From NCBI GenBank assembly GCA_963725665.1, contig CAVRZA010000001.1, positions 384,001 to 448,000 on the forward strand: a stretch of DNA of 64,000 nt, written 5' to 3'. Shown here piece by piece: positions 1 to 8,173 of this stretch (position 1 is its first letter; the number at the start of each line of letters is the position of its first letter). Made by a program: the position numbers and the translations under genes. This DNA is from an uncultured Actinomycetes bacterium. Its GTDB lineage: Bacteria > Actinomycetota > Thermoleophilia > UBA2241. The notes under the pieces were generated by a model that had not been told where the DNA came from, did not search any database, and saw only the letters and a list, made by a program, of their open reading frames with translations.

Positions 1-999
1 GCTGCCGGCGTGTCGGCTGAGCAGGCAGACGCAGCCCAGGTTGCCCTCCTTCGACGCCAGCGGCGCCAGCAGGAGGTCGTGGAACCCGTCCTTCTCGATG
101 GTCTTGATCAGCAGCGCCGCTCGGGCGCCGTCGCCGATCGAACAGACCCGGACGGCCTGGTCACTGGCCTGTTCGGCCACGCCGATCTCCTTGAGCCGCT
201 CCACCAGCCCGTCGGTCACGGCTCCCAGCCTGCCGCGTAGCAGGTCCTCGTTCGTGCTCGCACTCCGTACGAGACAGAAGCCGTCCTGCACGTTGACGAG
301 GTGGGCCAGCTTGGCGATGGCGGCGGGCATGAGATCCTCGACGCTGTGGTGGCGCAAGAAGACCTGGCTGATCTCTTCGATCGTCCGTAGGCGCTCGTTG
401 CTGGCCCGCACCTTGGTGAGCTGCTCCTCGGCGTCACCCTTCGCATTCCGCAACTCCCCGTTCGTTCTCAAGAGGGCGTGGGAGAGCATGCCGGTGAGCA
501 GCGCGATAAGGAGGAAGGCGGCTAGGCGGACGCCGAGCGTCTCTTCCGTCCAGGTCACAGGGAAGTGACTGCTGGAGATCGTCGAGTCGTTGACGAGCAC
601 CCCGGCGCGTTGCAGCGCCCACGTCGCGACGTACAGGCCGCTGCAGGCTGCCGCGGAGACGTAAGCCGCCCACGGCGGCAGAAGCAGGCTGGCGGAGATG
701 ATGGGCCAGAGGTAGAAGATGGCCACCGAGCTCAAGACCCCACCGGTGTACACGACGCCGGCCGTCACGAGGATGGTGTCGAGCACCACCATGGCGACGG
801 CGACGCGGGATGCGTAGCCGCGGCGGATGAGGAACAGAAACGGGGCGTTGGCGACCCCGAACACGGCCAGGATGATCACCATCGCCACGGGCACGGCACT
901 CTTCTCGAGGAACGAGAAGACCACCGCGGCGACGAACGCGGCCAGGCCCAGGATGATCCTCGCCGTCAGGACCTCGTTGAGCTGTCTGCGGACTTCCAA
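1..999 (-). CDS. Membrane-anchored sensor protein (several TM helices, coiled coil, GAF-like domain); partial, runs off the left edge
   Basis: Manual translation from TTG at 999 (MEVRRQLNEVLTARIILGLAAFVAAVVF...) is open to position 1. It shows hydrophobic segments, a TGGVLSSVAIFYLWPII motif typical of sensor N-termini, then a GAF-like 'LLLAPLASKEGNLGCVCL'. Absent from the ORF track because no stop lies in the window. Confidence 0.7.
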   Translation of the reverse strand, partial: MEVRRQLNEVLTARIILGLAAFVAAVVFSFLEKSAVPVAMVIILAVFGVANAPFLFLIRRGYASRVAVAMVVLDTILVTAGVVYTGGVLSSVAIFYLWPIISASLLLPPWAAYVSAAACSGLYVATWALQRAGVLVNDSTISSSHFPVTWTEETLGVRLAAFLLIALLTGMLSHALLRTNGELRNAKGDAEEQLTKVRASNERLRTIEEISQVFLRHHSVEDLMPAAIAKLAHLVNVQDGFCLVRSASTNEDLLRGRLGAVTDGLVERLKEIGVAEQASDQAVRVCSIGDGARAALLIKTIEKDGFHDLLLAPLASKEGNLGCVCLLSRHAGS

Positions 1000-1246
1000 A
1001 CGGTCGCCTCTCGTCGGCCGAGTACCAGGCTCGTGTAACCTATTTCGGCACCACGGGGTTAGGGTTTAGCGAAACCTGGGGCGGCGGTGACGGTCTGCTG
1101 CGTGCCGGCCGGGAGTCGTTGGCGGGAGGATCCGGTGCGAGAGAGGGAACGGCAGGAGAAGGCCGCATGGCGGAGAAGGGAAGACCCGCCTCGCGCCGTC
1201 GCGGGCTGCGTGAGGCGTTCTTGTCCGTGAGGAGCTGCCGCACCTG

Positions 1247-2617
1247 ATGTCCATCCCGCGCCTCATCGTCGCCGGCGTCGAGCCGGGTCCGGCCGTCGAC
1301 CTGGTCGCCGGCGCGCTGCTCGTCGGCCTCGGCGAGCAGCGCGCCGTGCGCCCCGTGCTCGTCGGCCTCGACATGTCGCTCTGGCGGCTCGTCTACGATC
1401 TCTCGTCGCGTTCGCCGCGCGCCATCGACCCCGTGCTCTTCTCGCGTGACGCCACGCTCGAGCTCTACGACCGCTGGGCCGGCGATATGGACCTGGTCAT
1501 GTTCATCGCGGCCCGACCCCTCCTTGAGGCCTGGGAAGGGGTCGAGGGCTCCCGCCCCTGTGAGCTTGCCGCGCGGCTCGACGTCCCCGTGGTCCTCGCC
1601 CTCGATGCGCGTGAGCGAGGTGCCAGCGCCGCCGCCGCCGTCTACGGCTCCAAGCTGCTCGCGGGCAAGGTCGACATCGGCGGCATCGTGCTCGTCGGCG
1701 CCGACGACTCGCCGGCATGTCAGGAGCTGGGTGAGGTGCTGCGCCGCGAGGTGAGGCTGCCGCTGCTGGGCAGCGTGCCGCCGCAGCTCACCGAGCAGTT
1801 CATGCGCCAGCACGCCAGCAGTGGGCGCATGCGCACCGTCGGACCGGGTCCGGCGCGCGAGGGCGCGGGCCATCTCTGCGCGGAGGCCGCCGGCTACCTC
1901 GACGTCGACGCCGTCGTGGCCTTGGCCGCCCAGCGAGGCTACCTGCCGGCGCCGCCCCGCCGTCTGCTGGCGGCGCAGCCCAACGCCGGCGGCCTCGCCG
2001 TCGCCGTCGCCTGGGGACCCCCCCTACAGCCTCTCGCGCTCGAGAACGTCGACCTCCTCCAGGCGGCGGGCGTGCGCCTCGTGCCGCTGAACCTGGCGCG
2101 CGACACCGAGATGCCGTCCGACGTCGACGGGCTTCTGTTGCTTGGCCAGCTCGACGAGGGCAGCGTGCAGCCCTTCGCCGAGAACGGCGCGCTCATAGGC
2201 GAACTGCGCGCCGCCGTCGACGAGGGTCTGCCGACCCTCGCCATGGGCGGCGGCGCCCTGTTGCTCCTGCAGCGCTTGGCCGACAGCCGGGGGCGCGGCT
2301 ACGAGCTGCTCGGCCTCGCCCCCGCCGAGGCTGAGCTCATCGAGTCCTACGACAGGCCGCACTACGTCGACGTCTCGGCCACGAGGCAGAACCCCTACGA
2401 CGAGGGGCGGCAGACGATGGTGGAGCTGTTCGACCTCGAGTTCTCGCTCCTCGAGCAGGGCGATTTCGCCTACGAGGTCGAGACCCCGGCCGGCGTGCGT
2501 GCGGAGGGCTTCGTGGTCAAGCGCTGTCTGGCTACGACGCTCTACGGCAGCTTCGTCGCCGACCCGCAGTTCGCAGGCCGGTTCGTCTCGGTCATGCAGC
2601 TCCTGCGGGCGCGCTAG
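1247..2617 (+). CDS. Cobyrinate a,c-diamide synthase (CobB/CbiA)-like protein with degenerate catalytic motifs
   Basis: 456 aa with CbiA layout (PRLIVAG, LDVPVVLALDAR, ENVDLLQAAG, DVDGLLL); P-loop and GATase Cys motifs not retained. Confidence 0.65.
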   Translation: MSIPRLIVAGVEPGPAVDLVAGALLVGLGEQRAVRPVLVGLDMSLWRLVYDLSSRSPRAIDPVLFSRDATLELYDRWAGDMDLVMFIAARPLLEAWEGVEGSRPCELAARLDVPVVLALDARERGASAAAAVYGSKLLAGKVDIGGIVLVGADDSPACQELGEVLRREVRLPLLGSVPPQLTEQFMRQHASSGRMRTVGPGPAREGAGHLCAEAAGYLDVDAVVALAAQRGYLPAPPRRLLAAQPNAGGLAVAVAWGPPLQPLALENVDLLQAAGVRLVPLNLARDTEMPSDVDGLLLLGQLDEGSVQPFAENGALIGELRAAVDEGLPTLAMGGGALLLLQRLADSRGRGYELLGLAPAEAELIESYDRPHYVDVSATRQNPYDEGRQTMVELFDLEFSLLEQGDFAYEVETPAGVRAEGFVVKRCLATTLYGSFVADPQFAGRFVSVMQLLRAR

Positions 2618-2654
2618 AAGGGGCTCGGCCGACTCTCATGTACACTCGGCTGCC

Positions 2655-3752
2655 ATGAGACCGCAAAGGCTCGCCCCCGAGGTCTTCGCGCTGCCCGTCG
2701 AACGCATGCGCGAAGGCTACTACTCCGACGCCTACTTCAACTTCTCCAAGGCCGTCCTCGAGCACAACAACCACCACCCGCGCGTCCTCATGCAGGTATT
2801 CCAGAAGCACGAGCGCGCCGTCCTGGGGGGCATGGACGAGGCGCTCGCCATACTCAAGCTGTGCTCGGGACGGCACATGGGGCGCCGCGGCCGCCGCGAG
2901 TGGGTCGACGGCTGGGGGGAGCTGACGGTGCGGGCGCTCTACGACGGCGACGAGATCGAGCCTCTCGAGACGGTCATGACGATCGAGGGCGACTACAGCC
3001 TGTTCTGCAACCTCGAGACCGTGTTCTTGGGCGCCCTCACGCGGCGCACGCTGATCTCGACCAACGTGCGCCGCGTCGTCGCGGCCGCGGCAGGCAAGCC
3101 GATCCTCTTCTTTCCGGCGCGATTCGATCACTACAGGGTGCAGGCCGGCGACGGCTACGCGGCGCACATCGCCGGCGCCATCGGTGTGTCGACCGACGAG
3201 CAGGCGTCGTGGTGGGGCGGCAAGGGCGGCGGGACGGTGCCTCACGGTCTGATCGCGGCCTACGCCGGCGACACGGTCGAGGCGGCGAGGCGCTTCGCCG
3301 ACCTGTACTACCCCGACGTCAACGTCGTGGCCCTGGTCGACTTCGACAACGACTGCGTGGTCACGTCGCTCGCGGTGGCGCGCGCGCTGGGGGAGCGACT
3401 CTGGGGCGTGCGCCTCGACACCGCCGAGACGATGGTCGACAAGGCGCTCTGGTACAGGATGGGGCAGTTCAATCCGACGGGTGTGGCGCCGGAGCTCGTC
3501 TGGGAGGTCCGGCGGGCCCTCGACGGCGAAGGGTTCACGCACGTCAAGATCGTAGTGAGCGGCGGCTTCGACGCCGAGCGTATCCGTGCCTTCGAGAAGC
3601 TGGGTGTGCCCGCCGACGCCTACGGTGTGGGCAGCAGCCTGCTGCGCGGAAAGACCGACTTCACGGCCGACGCGGTGATGCTCGACGGCGAGCCGTGCGC
3701 CAAGGAGGGTCGCATCTACCGGCCCAACCAGCGCCTCGAGCTCGTTCGCTGA
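2655..3752 (+). CDS. pncB: Nicotinate phosphoribosyltransferase family protein
   Basis: YSDAYF, GTVPHGL, LVDFDND, GVRLDT, IVVSGGF and YGVGSSL motifs. Confidence 0.8.
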   Translation: MRPQRLAPEVFALPVERMREGYYSDAYFNFSKAVLEHNNHHPRVLMQVFQKHERAVLGGMDEALAILKLCSGRHMGRRGRREWVDGWGELTVRALYDGDEIEPLETVMTIEGDYSLFCNLETVFLGALTRRTLISTNVRRVVAAAAGKPILFFPARFDHYRVQAGDGYAAHIAGAIGVSTDEQASWWGGKGGGTVPHGLIAAYAGDTVEAARRFADLYYPDVNVVALVDFDNDCVVTSLAVARALGERLWGVRLDTAETMVDKALWYRMGQFNPTGVAPELVWEVRRALDGEGFTHVKIVVSGGFDAERIRAFEKLGVPADAYGVGSSLLRGKTDFTADAVMLDGEPCAKEGRIYRPNQRLELVR

Positions 3753-3834
3753 CGGGACGGCGCCTCGCCTTCGCACCTCGGGTGGACGTGCCGTCGACGC
3801 CCGGCCGGTGAGCGGCGTCGGCGACGTAGCGCCG

Positions 3835-4452
3835 TCAGTCCTGGCCGGAGTCCGAGCTCGACGTGCGTCCCTCCATCAGGTCGACGAAGTTCTGCGCCTG
3901 CTTGCCGAGCTTCGACGTGGGGTCGATGGTCGCCGTCTTCTGCCACTCCGCCTTGGCCTGCTCCATGCGCCCCTGTGAGAAGTAGATGATGGCCAGGTCG
4001 TAGTGGGCCTCCTGGAACTTGGGACGCTTCTTCAGCACCCCTTGGATGAGCGACTTCGCTTTGGCGTCGTTGCCGCCGGCGTGGTCGACCATTGCGAGCT
4101 GCACGGTGGCGCCGGGGTCGCCGGGACGCAGACGCAAGGCGCGCACGAACAGCGCTTCGGCCTTGTCGTACTGCTCGCTCATGAAGTACGCCGTGCCCAG
4201 CGCTGTGATCGTCTGCGTGTCGGACGGGTTCTTGTCGAGCTTCGCTTTGAGGGCGGCGATCATCTGGGAGTAGTCAGGGGCCGCCGAGCTGCTCGGGGCG
4301 ATGGAGGGATGGCCCGGAGGGAGAGACGTCGCGTTCGCTGCCGGCTGAGTCGGCGCAGCCGAGCCGGAGTGGTTGGCGGAGCCCACGAAGACGATCACGG
4401 CGGCCACGACGATGGCGCCGGCGATCAAAAGGAGAGCGTAGTTCTTCCTCAA
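3835..4452 (-). CDS. Membrane-anchored TPR protein (cytochrome c biogenesis factor-like)
   Basis: N-terminal TM helix, LPPGHP motif and TPR repeats; TTG start behind GAGGAAGG. Confidence 0.7.
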   Translation of the reverse strand: MRKNYALLLIAGAIVVAAVIVFVGSANHSGSAAPTQPAANATSLPPGHPSIAPSSSAAPDYSQMIAALKAKLDKNPSDTQTITALGTAYFMSEQYDKAEALFVRALRLRPGDPGATVQLAMVDHAGGNDAKAKSLIQGVLKKRPKFQEAHYDLAIIYFSQGRMEQAKAEWQKTATIDPTSKLGKQAQNFVDLMEGRTSSSDSGQD

Positions 4453-4572
4453 GCGGCGTCCTTCCTCATGAGCTTTGGATCGGGTGGGCGAGCCCAAGTA
4501 TAGCATCGCCGCGCTCAGCGGCCGCGCGCGCCGGGACGCGACGCAGGATCTTGGGCCTCACGCCCGCCCCCG

Positions 4573-4599
4573 CTTAACAGAGCTTAACTGCGTCTTAAC
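4573..4599. promoter_or_regulatory. Three CTTAAC direct repeats at 10-11 bp spacing; candidate response-regulator box
   Basis: CTTAAC at 4573, 4583 and 4594 in the divergent TPR/rrf2 intergenic region. Confidence 0.45.
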
Positions 4600-4655
4600 A
4601 CCAGTGACGGTGGGGGCGCGGCGGCGCGCGTCCTGCTGCGCCCTTTAGCGCGCTG

Positions 4656-4685
4656 TTGACGCGCGCCGCCGCGCCCCCGTACACT
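4656..4685 (+). promoter_or_regulatory. Sigma70-type promoter of rrf2
   Basis: TTGACG-N18-TACACT. Confidence 0.6.
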
Positions 4686-4730
4686 CTATTTCGGACAGGA
4701 ACACTCCTCATCCTCTTCGATCCGGAGGCC

Positions 4731-5150
4731 ATGGGACTGCAGCTGACACGTGGGGGAGAATACGCCGTGAGGGCCATGATGTACCTTGGCCGCCACCCGG
4801 TCGGCCACGTGTCTTCGCTGCACGACATCTGCCGCGAACAGGACGTGCCCGAGAGCTTTCTGGCGAAGATCTTCCAGAGCCTGACGCGCGCCGGCCTCGT
4901 GACCTCCCACCGTGGCGCGCACGGCGGCTTCTCATTGGCGCGGGCGGCCGACGGGATCTCCGTCCGCGACGTCGTCGAGGCCATCGACGGCCCTATCTCG
5001 CTCAACGCCTGCGTCCTCTGGCCCGAGGAGTGCCGTCGCAGCTCCGGCTGCCCCATGCACGCCGTCTGGGAGCGCGCCCAGGAGCGCATGATGAGCGTCC
5101 TCGACGACGTCACCGTCGACGAGCTCGTCGCCCCCGTCCCCGTCGCCTGA
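4731..5150 (+). CDS. Rrf2 family transcriptional regulator
   Basis: EYAVRAM, FLAKIFQSL, SHRGAHGGFSLAR and three C-terminal Cys (C-x5-C-x5-C); GGAGG RBS. Confidence 0.9.
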   Translation: MGLQLTRGGEYAVRAMMYLGRHPVGHVSSLHDICREQDVPESFLAKIFQSLTRAGLVTSHRGAHGGFSLARAADGISVRDVVEAIDGPISLNACVLWPEECRRSSGCPMHAVWERAQERMMSVLDDVTVDELVAPVPVA

Positions 5151-5170
5151 CCCCTTCGCGCGGTCGTCCC

Positions 5171-6154
5171 TTAGACGGCACCGTCCTCGTACCCGAACGG
5201 GTGCGTCTGGAGCCACGCCCACGCGTCGGCGACGGCCTGCTCCAGCCCGAGACGGGGTCGCCAGCCCAGAAGGTCGCCGGCACGGGCGTTGGAGGCGACG
5301 AGGACGGGCGGGTCACCGGGGCGCCGGTCGGCGACCTCGTAACGGGTCGGCCGGCCGGTGACGCGCTCCACCGCACCCAGGACGACGAGGACGGAATCGC
5401 CGGCGCCGGTCCCCAGGTTGACGGCCACGTTGAGAGGAGGCGCGTGCAGGGCCGCGATGTGCGCGTCGGCGAGGTCGACCACGTGCACGTAGTCGCGCAC
5501 GCAGGTGCCGTCGGGCGTCGGGTAGTCGTCGCCGAAGACCTGCAGCGCGGCGCCGTCGCGCGCCGCGCGCAGCGCGATGGGGACCAGGTGGGTCTCGGGG
5601 TCGTGGTCCTCGCCGTAGCCGCGGTCGGCGCCGCAGGCGTTGAAGTAGCGCAAGGCGATGAACGAGAGGCGGCCGCCACTGGTGGCGGCCGCCTCTCGCA
5701 GTACCGCCTCGGCGGCGAGCTTGGTCTCGCCGTAGGGGTTGGTCGGCGCGGTCGCATCGTCTTCATCTATGGGTACCCGGCGCGGCGCGCCGTACACGGC
5801 CGCCGTCGACGAGAAGACCACCCGCTCGACGCCGGTGCCGAGGGCGGCTTCGACCAGCGCCCTTGTCCCTCGAAGGTTGACGTCTGTGTAGCGTTCCGGC
5901 TGCATGACCGACTCCGCTACTTCGGCCAGGGCGGCCATGTGCACGACGGCCCGGCATCCGGCGGCGGCGAGCACGTCGCGCAGGCGCCCGGCGTCGCGCA
6001 CGTCGCCCTCAGCGAACAGGGCCTCTTGTGGGACGGCGGCGCGGTGGCCGCGTGAGAGATCGTCGTAGACCGTCACGTCGTGGCCGGCGGCGGCCAGGCG
6101 GGCGGCGATCACGCTGCCGACATACCCGGCGCCGCCTGTCACGAGGACCTTCAC
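5171..6154 (-). CDS. galE: UDP-glucose 4-epimerase
   Basis: GGAGYVGS, FSSTAAVYG, YGETK, LRYFNA, DGTCVRDYVHV. Confidence 0.92.
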   Translation of the reverse strand: MKVLVTGGAGYVGSVIAARLAAAGHDVTVYDDLSRGHRAAVPQEALFAEGDVRDAGRLRDVLAAAGCRAVVHMAALAEVAESVMQPERYTDVNLRGTRALVEAALGTGVERVVFSSTAAVYGAPRRVPIDEDDATAPTNPYGETKLAAEAVLREAAATSGGRLSFIALRYFNACGADRGYGEDHDPETHLVPIALRAARDGAALQVFGDDYPTPDGTCVRDYVHVVDLADAHIAALHAPPLNVAVNLGTGAGDSVLVVLGAVERVTGRPTRYEVADRRPGDPPVLVASNARAGDLLGWRPRLGLEQAVADAWAWLQTHPFGYEDGAV

Positions 6155-6206
6155 AGCGTCGATGCTATCAGGGTGGCCGGCGGTGAGAGAACCGCGGCGC
6201 AAGCTC

Positions 6207-6224
6207 GCGGCGCGACCGCGCCGC
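6207..6224 (-). promoter_or_regulatory. Putative bacterial SECIS hairpin
   Basis: Minus strand GCGGCGC-GGTC-GCGCCGC, a 7-bp stem with a GGUC loop starting 12 nt after the UGA. Confidence 0.6.
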
Positions 6225-6230
6225 CTGTCG

Positions 6231-6437
6231 TCATCCTCAGCGGAAGGCCGGGCTGGGGCTCGGCCCGCAGGTCGAGCCCGAAGACGTCGACCCGGTACGC
6301 AGAAAGCTCGTGAACTTCTGCCGCACGGCGCTCGAGCCGCACTCCGGGCAGCGCTTCTCGTCGTCCTTGATGAGGCCCTGGACGTAGAGCTCGAAGGTGC
6401 CGCCGCAATCCATGCACACGAAGTCGTACAATGCCAT
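6231..6437 (-). CDS. FmdB-family zinc ribbon protein; probable selenoprotein (UGA at 6237-6239 read as Sec, giving ...AFR-U-G-stop)
   Basis: MALYDFVCMDC...CPECGS; TGA GGA TGA followed by a SECIS-like hairpin. Without recoding the CDS is 6237-6437. Confidence 0.75.
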
Positions 6438-6473
6438 GACGCCTCTCCGGGTCCGAGTCGTTGCTTCACGGAT

Positions 6474-6485
6474 ACCCCCGGGGGT
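6474..6485. promoter_or_regulatory. Palindrome ACCCCCGGGGGT; candidate CsoR/RcnR-type operator
   Basis: Perfect 12-bp C-tract/G-tract palindrome preceded by AT, between the divergent fmdB-like and tlpA genes. Confidence 0.35.
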
Positions 6486-6654
6486 GGCATACCAGGGGGC
6501 GTCGGCGGAGCAAACGCCCGCCTCTGGACGTGCCCGGAGCGATCAGTCGTGCGCCGACTGACCTGCGTCGACGCTGAGGATCGTGGGTCCGGAAACGAAC
6601 GGAGCGCACTCTCCCCGAGGATATGCGGACGGCCCGCTGACGAAGAAGGAGCCT

Positions 6655-7176
6655 GTGGACGGCAAGAAGATCTCGATCATCGTCGCCGCTGGGATCGTCG
6701 CTGTGGCGGCTGTCTGGCTTGCGGCGGCGCAGCCTTGGGCGAGCGGGGCGAGCGCGGGAGCGACCGGGTCGACGGACGGTCAACGGCTTGAGATCGTCGG
6801 TCAAACCCTTGACGGCGCCAGTTTCGACTCGGCAAGCTACGCCGGGCGTCCGGTCGTGGTCAACTTCTTCGCCTCGTGGTGCCCACCGTGCAACAGCGAG
6901 GCTCCCGACCTCGCCGCCTTCGCCAAGGCGCATCCCGAGGTGGCATTCGTCGGGGTCGACGTGAACGACAAGCTGGTGGACGCCAAGGGGTTCGTGGCCA
7001 AATACGGCTTGCCCTTCACGGTCGTCCATGACGCGCAGGGCCAGATCGGGCAGCGCTACGGGGTCGACGGCATCCCCACGACGATGTTCTTCGACAAGAA
7101 CGGCAGGCAGGTCGACGTCGTCGTGGGCGCTACCGACAGGGCGGGGTTCGAGGAGAGGCTCAAGGCGGCGCTCTAG
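6655..7176 (+). CDS. TlpA/ResA-type thiol-disulfide oxidoreductase
   Basis: N-terminal anchor, VVNFFASWCPPC and GIPTT; AAGGAG RBS before the GTG. Confidence 0.9.
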   Translation: MDGKKISIIVAAGIVAVAAVWLAAAQPWASGASAGATGSTDGQRLEIVGQTLDGASFDSASYAGRPVVVNFFASWCPPCNSEAPDLAAFAKAHPEVAFVGVDVNDKLVDAKGFVAKYGLPFTVVHDAQGQIGQRYGVDGIPTTMFFDKNGRQVDVVVGATDRAGFEERLKAAL

Positions 7177-7201
7177 CGCCGTCCGTCGCCCAGAAGCAGC
7201 C

Positions 7202-7951
7202 GTGCTCCCCGACCTCTGGGCCTCCGTCTTCGTCGGGGCAACGCGCGTCGAATCGCTCTCGGTGGCGACGGCGCTGCTCGCCTTCGTCGCCGGCCTCGTG
7301 TCTTTCATCTCGCCGTGCGTGCTGCCGCTGCTGCCCGCCTACCTCTCGTACGTCTCGGGTGTGGGCGTCGGGCAGCTCGAAGGCGAGCGCGGCGACGTTC
7401 TCGTCGCCGCGCTCGCCTTCGTCGGGGGGTTCTCGACGGTGTTCGTGCTGTTGGGCGCCGCCGCCGGCGGCATCGGCGGCCTGCTCGTGCGCTTCCGGCC
7501 CGAGCTCACGCTGGCCGCCGGCGTCTTTCTCGTGGTTAGTGGCCTCGTCGTCGCCGGCGTCGTGCGTCTGCCGGGCCTGCATGGCGGCTTCGCGCCGCGC
7601 GCCGGCGGGCTGCCGCGCGCCTTTCTCACGGGCGCGGCCGTCTCCATCGGCTGGACGCCGTGTGTGGGATACGTACTGGGCGGCATCCTCATGCTGGCCG
7701 GCTCGCGGCAGAGCGCCGGCGCCGGCGCGCTCCTGCTGCTCATCTACTCGGCCGGCCTGGGGTTGCCGTTCGTGCTCGCGGCGCTGGCTTGGGGGTGGGT
7801 CTCCGCCCGCACGCGGTGGCTGCGCAGTCACTACCGTCTGGTGCAGACCGTGTCGGGCGCCCTGCTGGCCGCCTTCGGGGTGCTCCTTCTCACCGGCGGC
7901 ATCGATCTGCTCGCCCGTGAGCTGCCGACCTACAGTCCGTTCGGGCTGTAG
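7202..7951 (+). CDS. ccdA: Cytochrome c biogenesis protein CcdA
   Basis: SFISPCVLPLLPAY and GWTPCVG motifs; multiple TM helices. Confidence 0.9.
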   Translation: MLPDLWASVFVGATRVESLSVATALLAFVAGLVSFISPCVLPLLPAYLSYVSGVGVGQLEGERGDVLVAALAFVGGFSTVFVLLGAAAGGIGGLLVRFRPELTLAAGVFLVVSGLVVAGVVRLPGLHGGFAPRAGGLPRAFLTGAAVSIGWTPCVGYVLGGILMLAGSRQSAGAGALLLLIYSAGLGLPFVLAALAWGWVSARTRWLRSHYRLVQTVSGALLAAFGVLLLTGGIDLLARELPTYSPFGL

Positions 7952-8045
7952 CGAGCCGCCTGGCCGCGTCCCGTCTCGAGCCTGAGCGCTTCGAGAAGGC
8001 GTTCGTGCTGCTCGGGCCCGGCCACGGTCACACGCAGGCAGGCTG

Positions 8046-8090
8046 TTGAAAAGGCGACGGACGGTCAGTACTGTACGCCCACCTAGGTGG
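8046..8090 (+). promoter_or_regulatory. Sigma70 promoter with a palindromic operator (candidate TetR site) over the start site
   Basis: TTGAAA-N17-TACTGT (8046-8074), then perfect palindrome CCACCTAGGTGG (8079-8090). Confidence 0.55.
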
Positions 8091-8173
8091 ATGACTTTGG
8101 GCGACGCCGCCGCGCGCCGGCCGGATACAGGCCCGGCCGGCGCGCGGCGGCGCTGGGCGAGAACGGAGGAGCC

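Noticed and set aside
1040-1246. Cobalamin riboswitch upstream of the CobB-like gene
   Set aside because: Only fragments (AGGGAA, GAAGACCCGCC) match; the core T-loop and GCCACTG elements were not found. An Infernal/Rfam scan would settle it.
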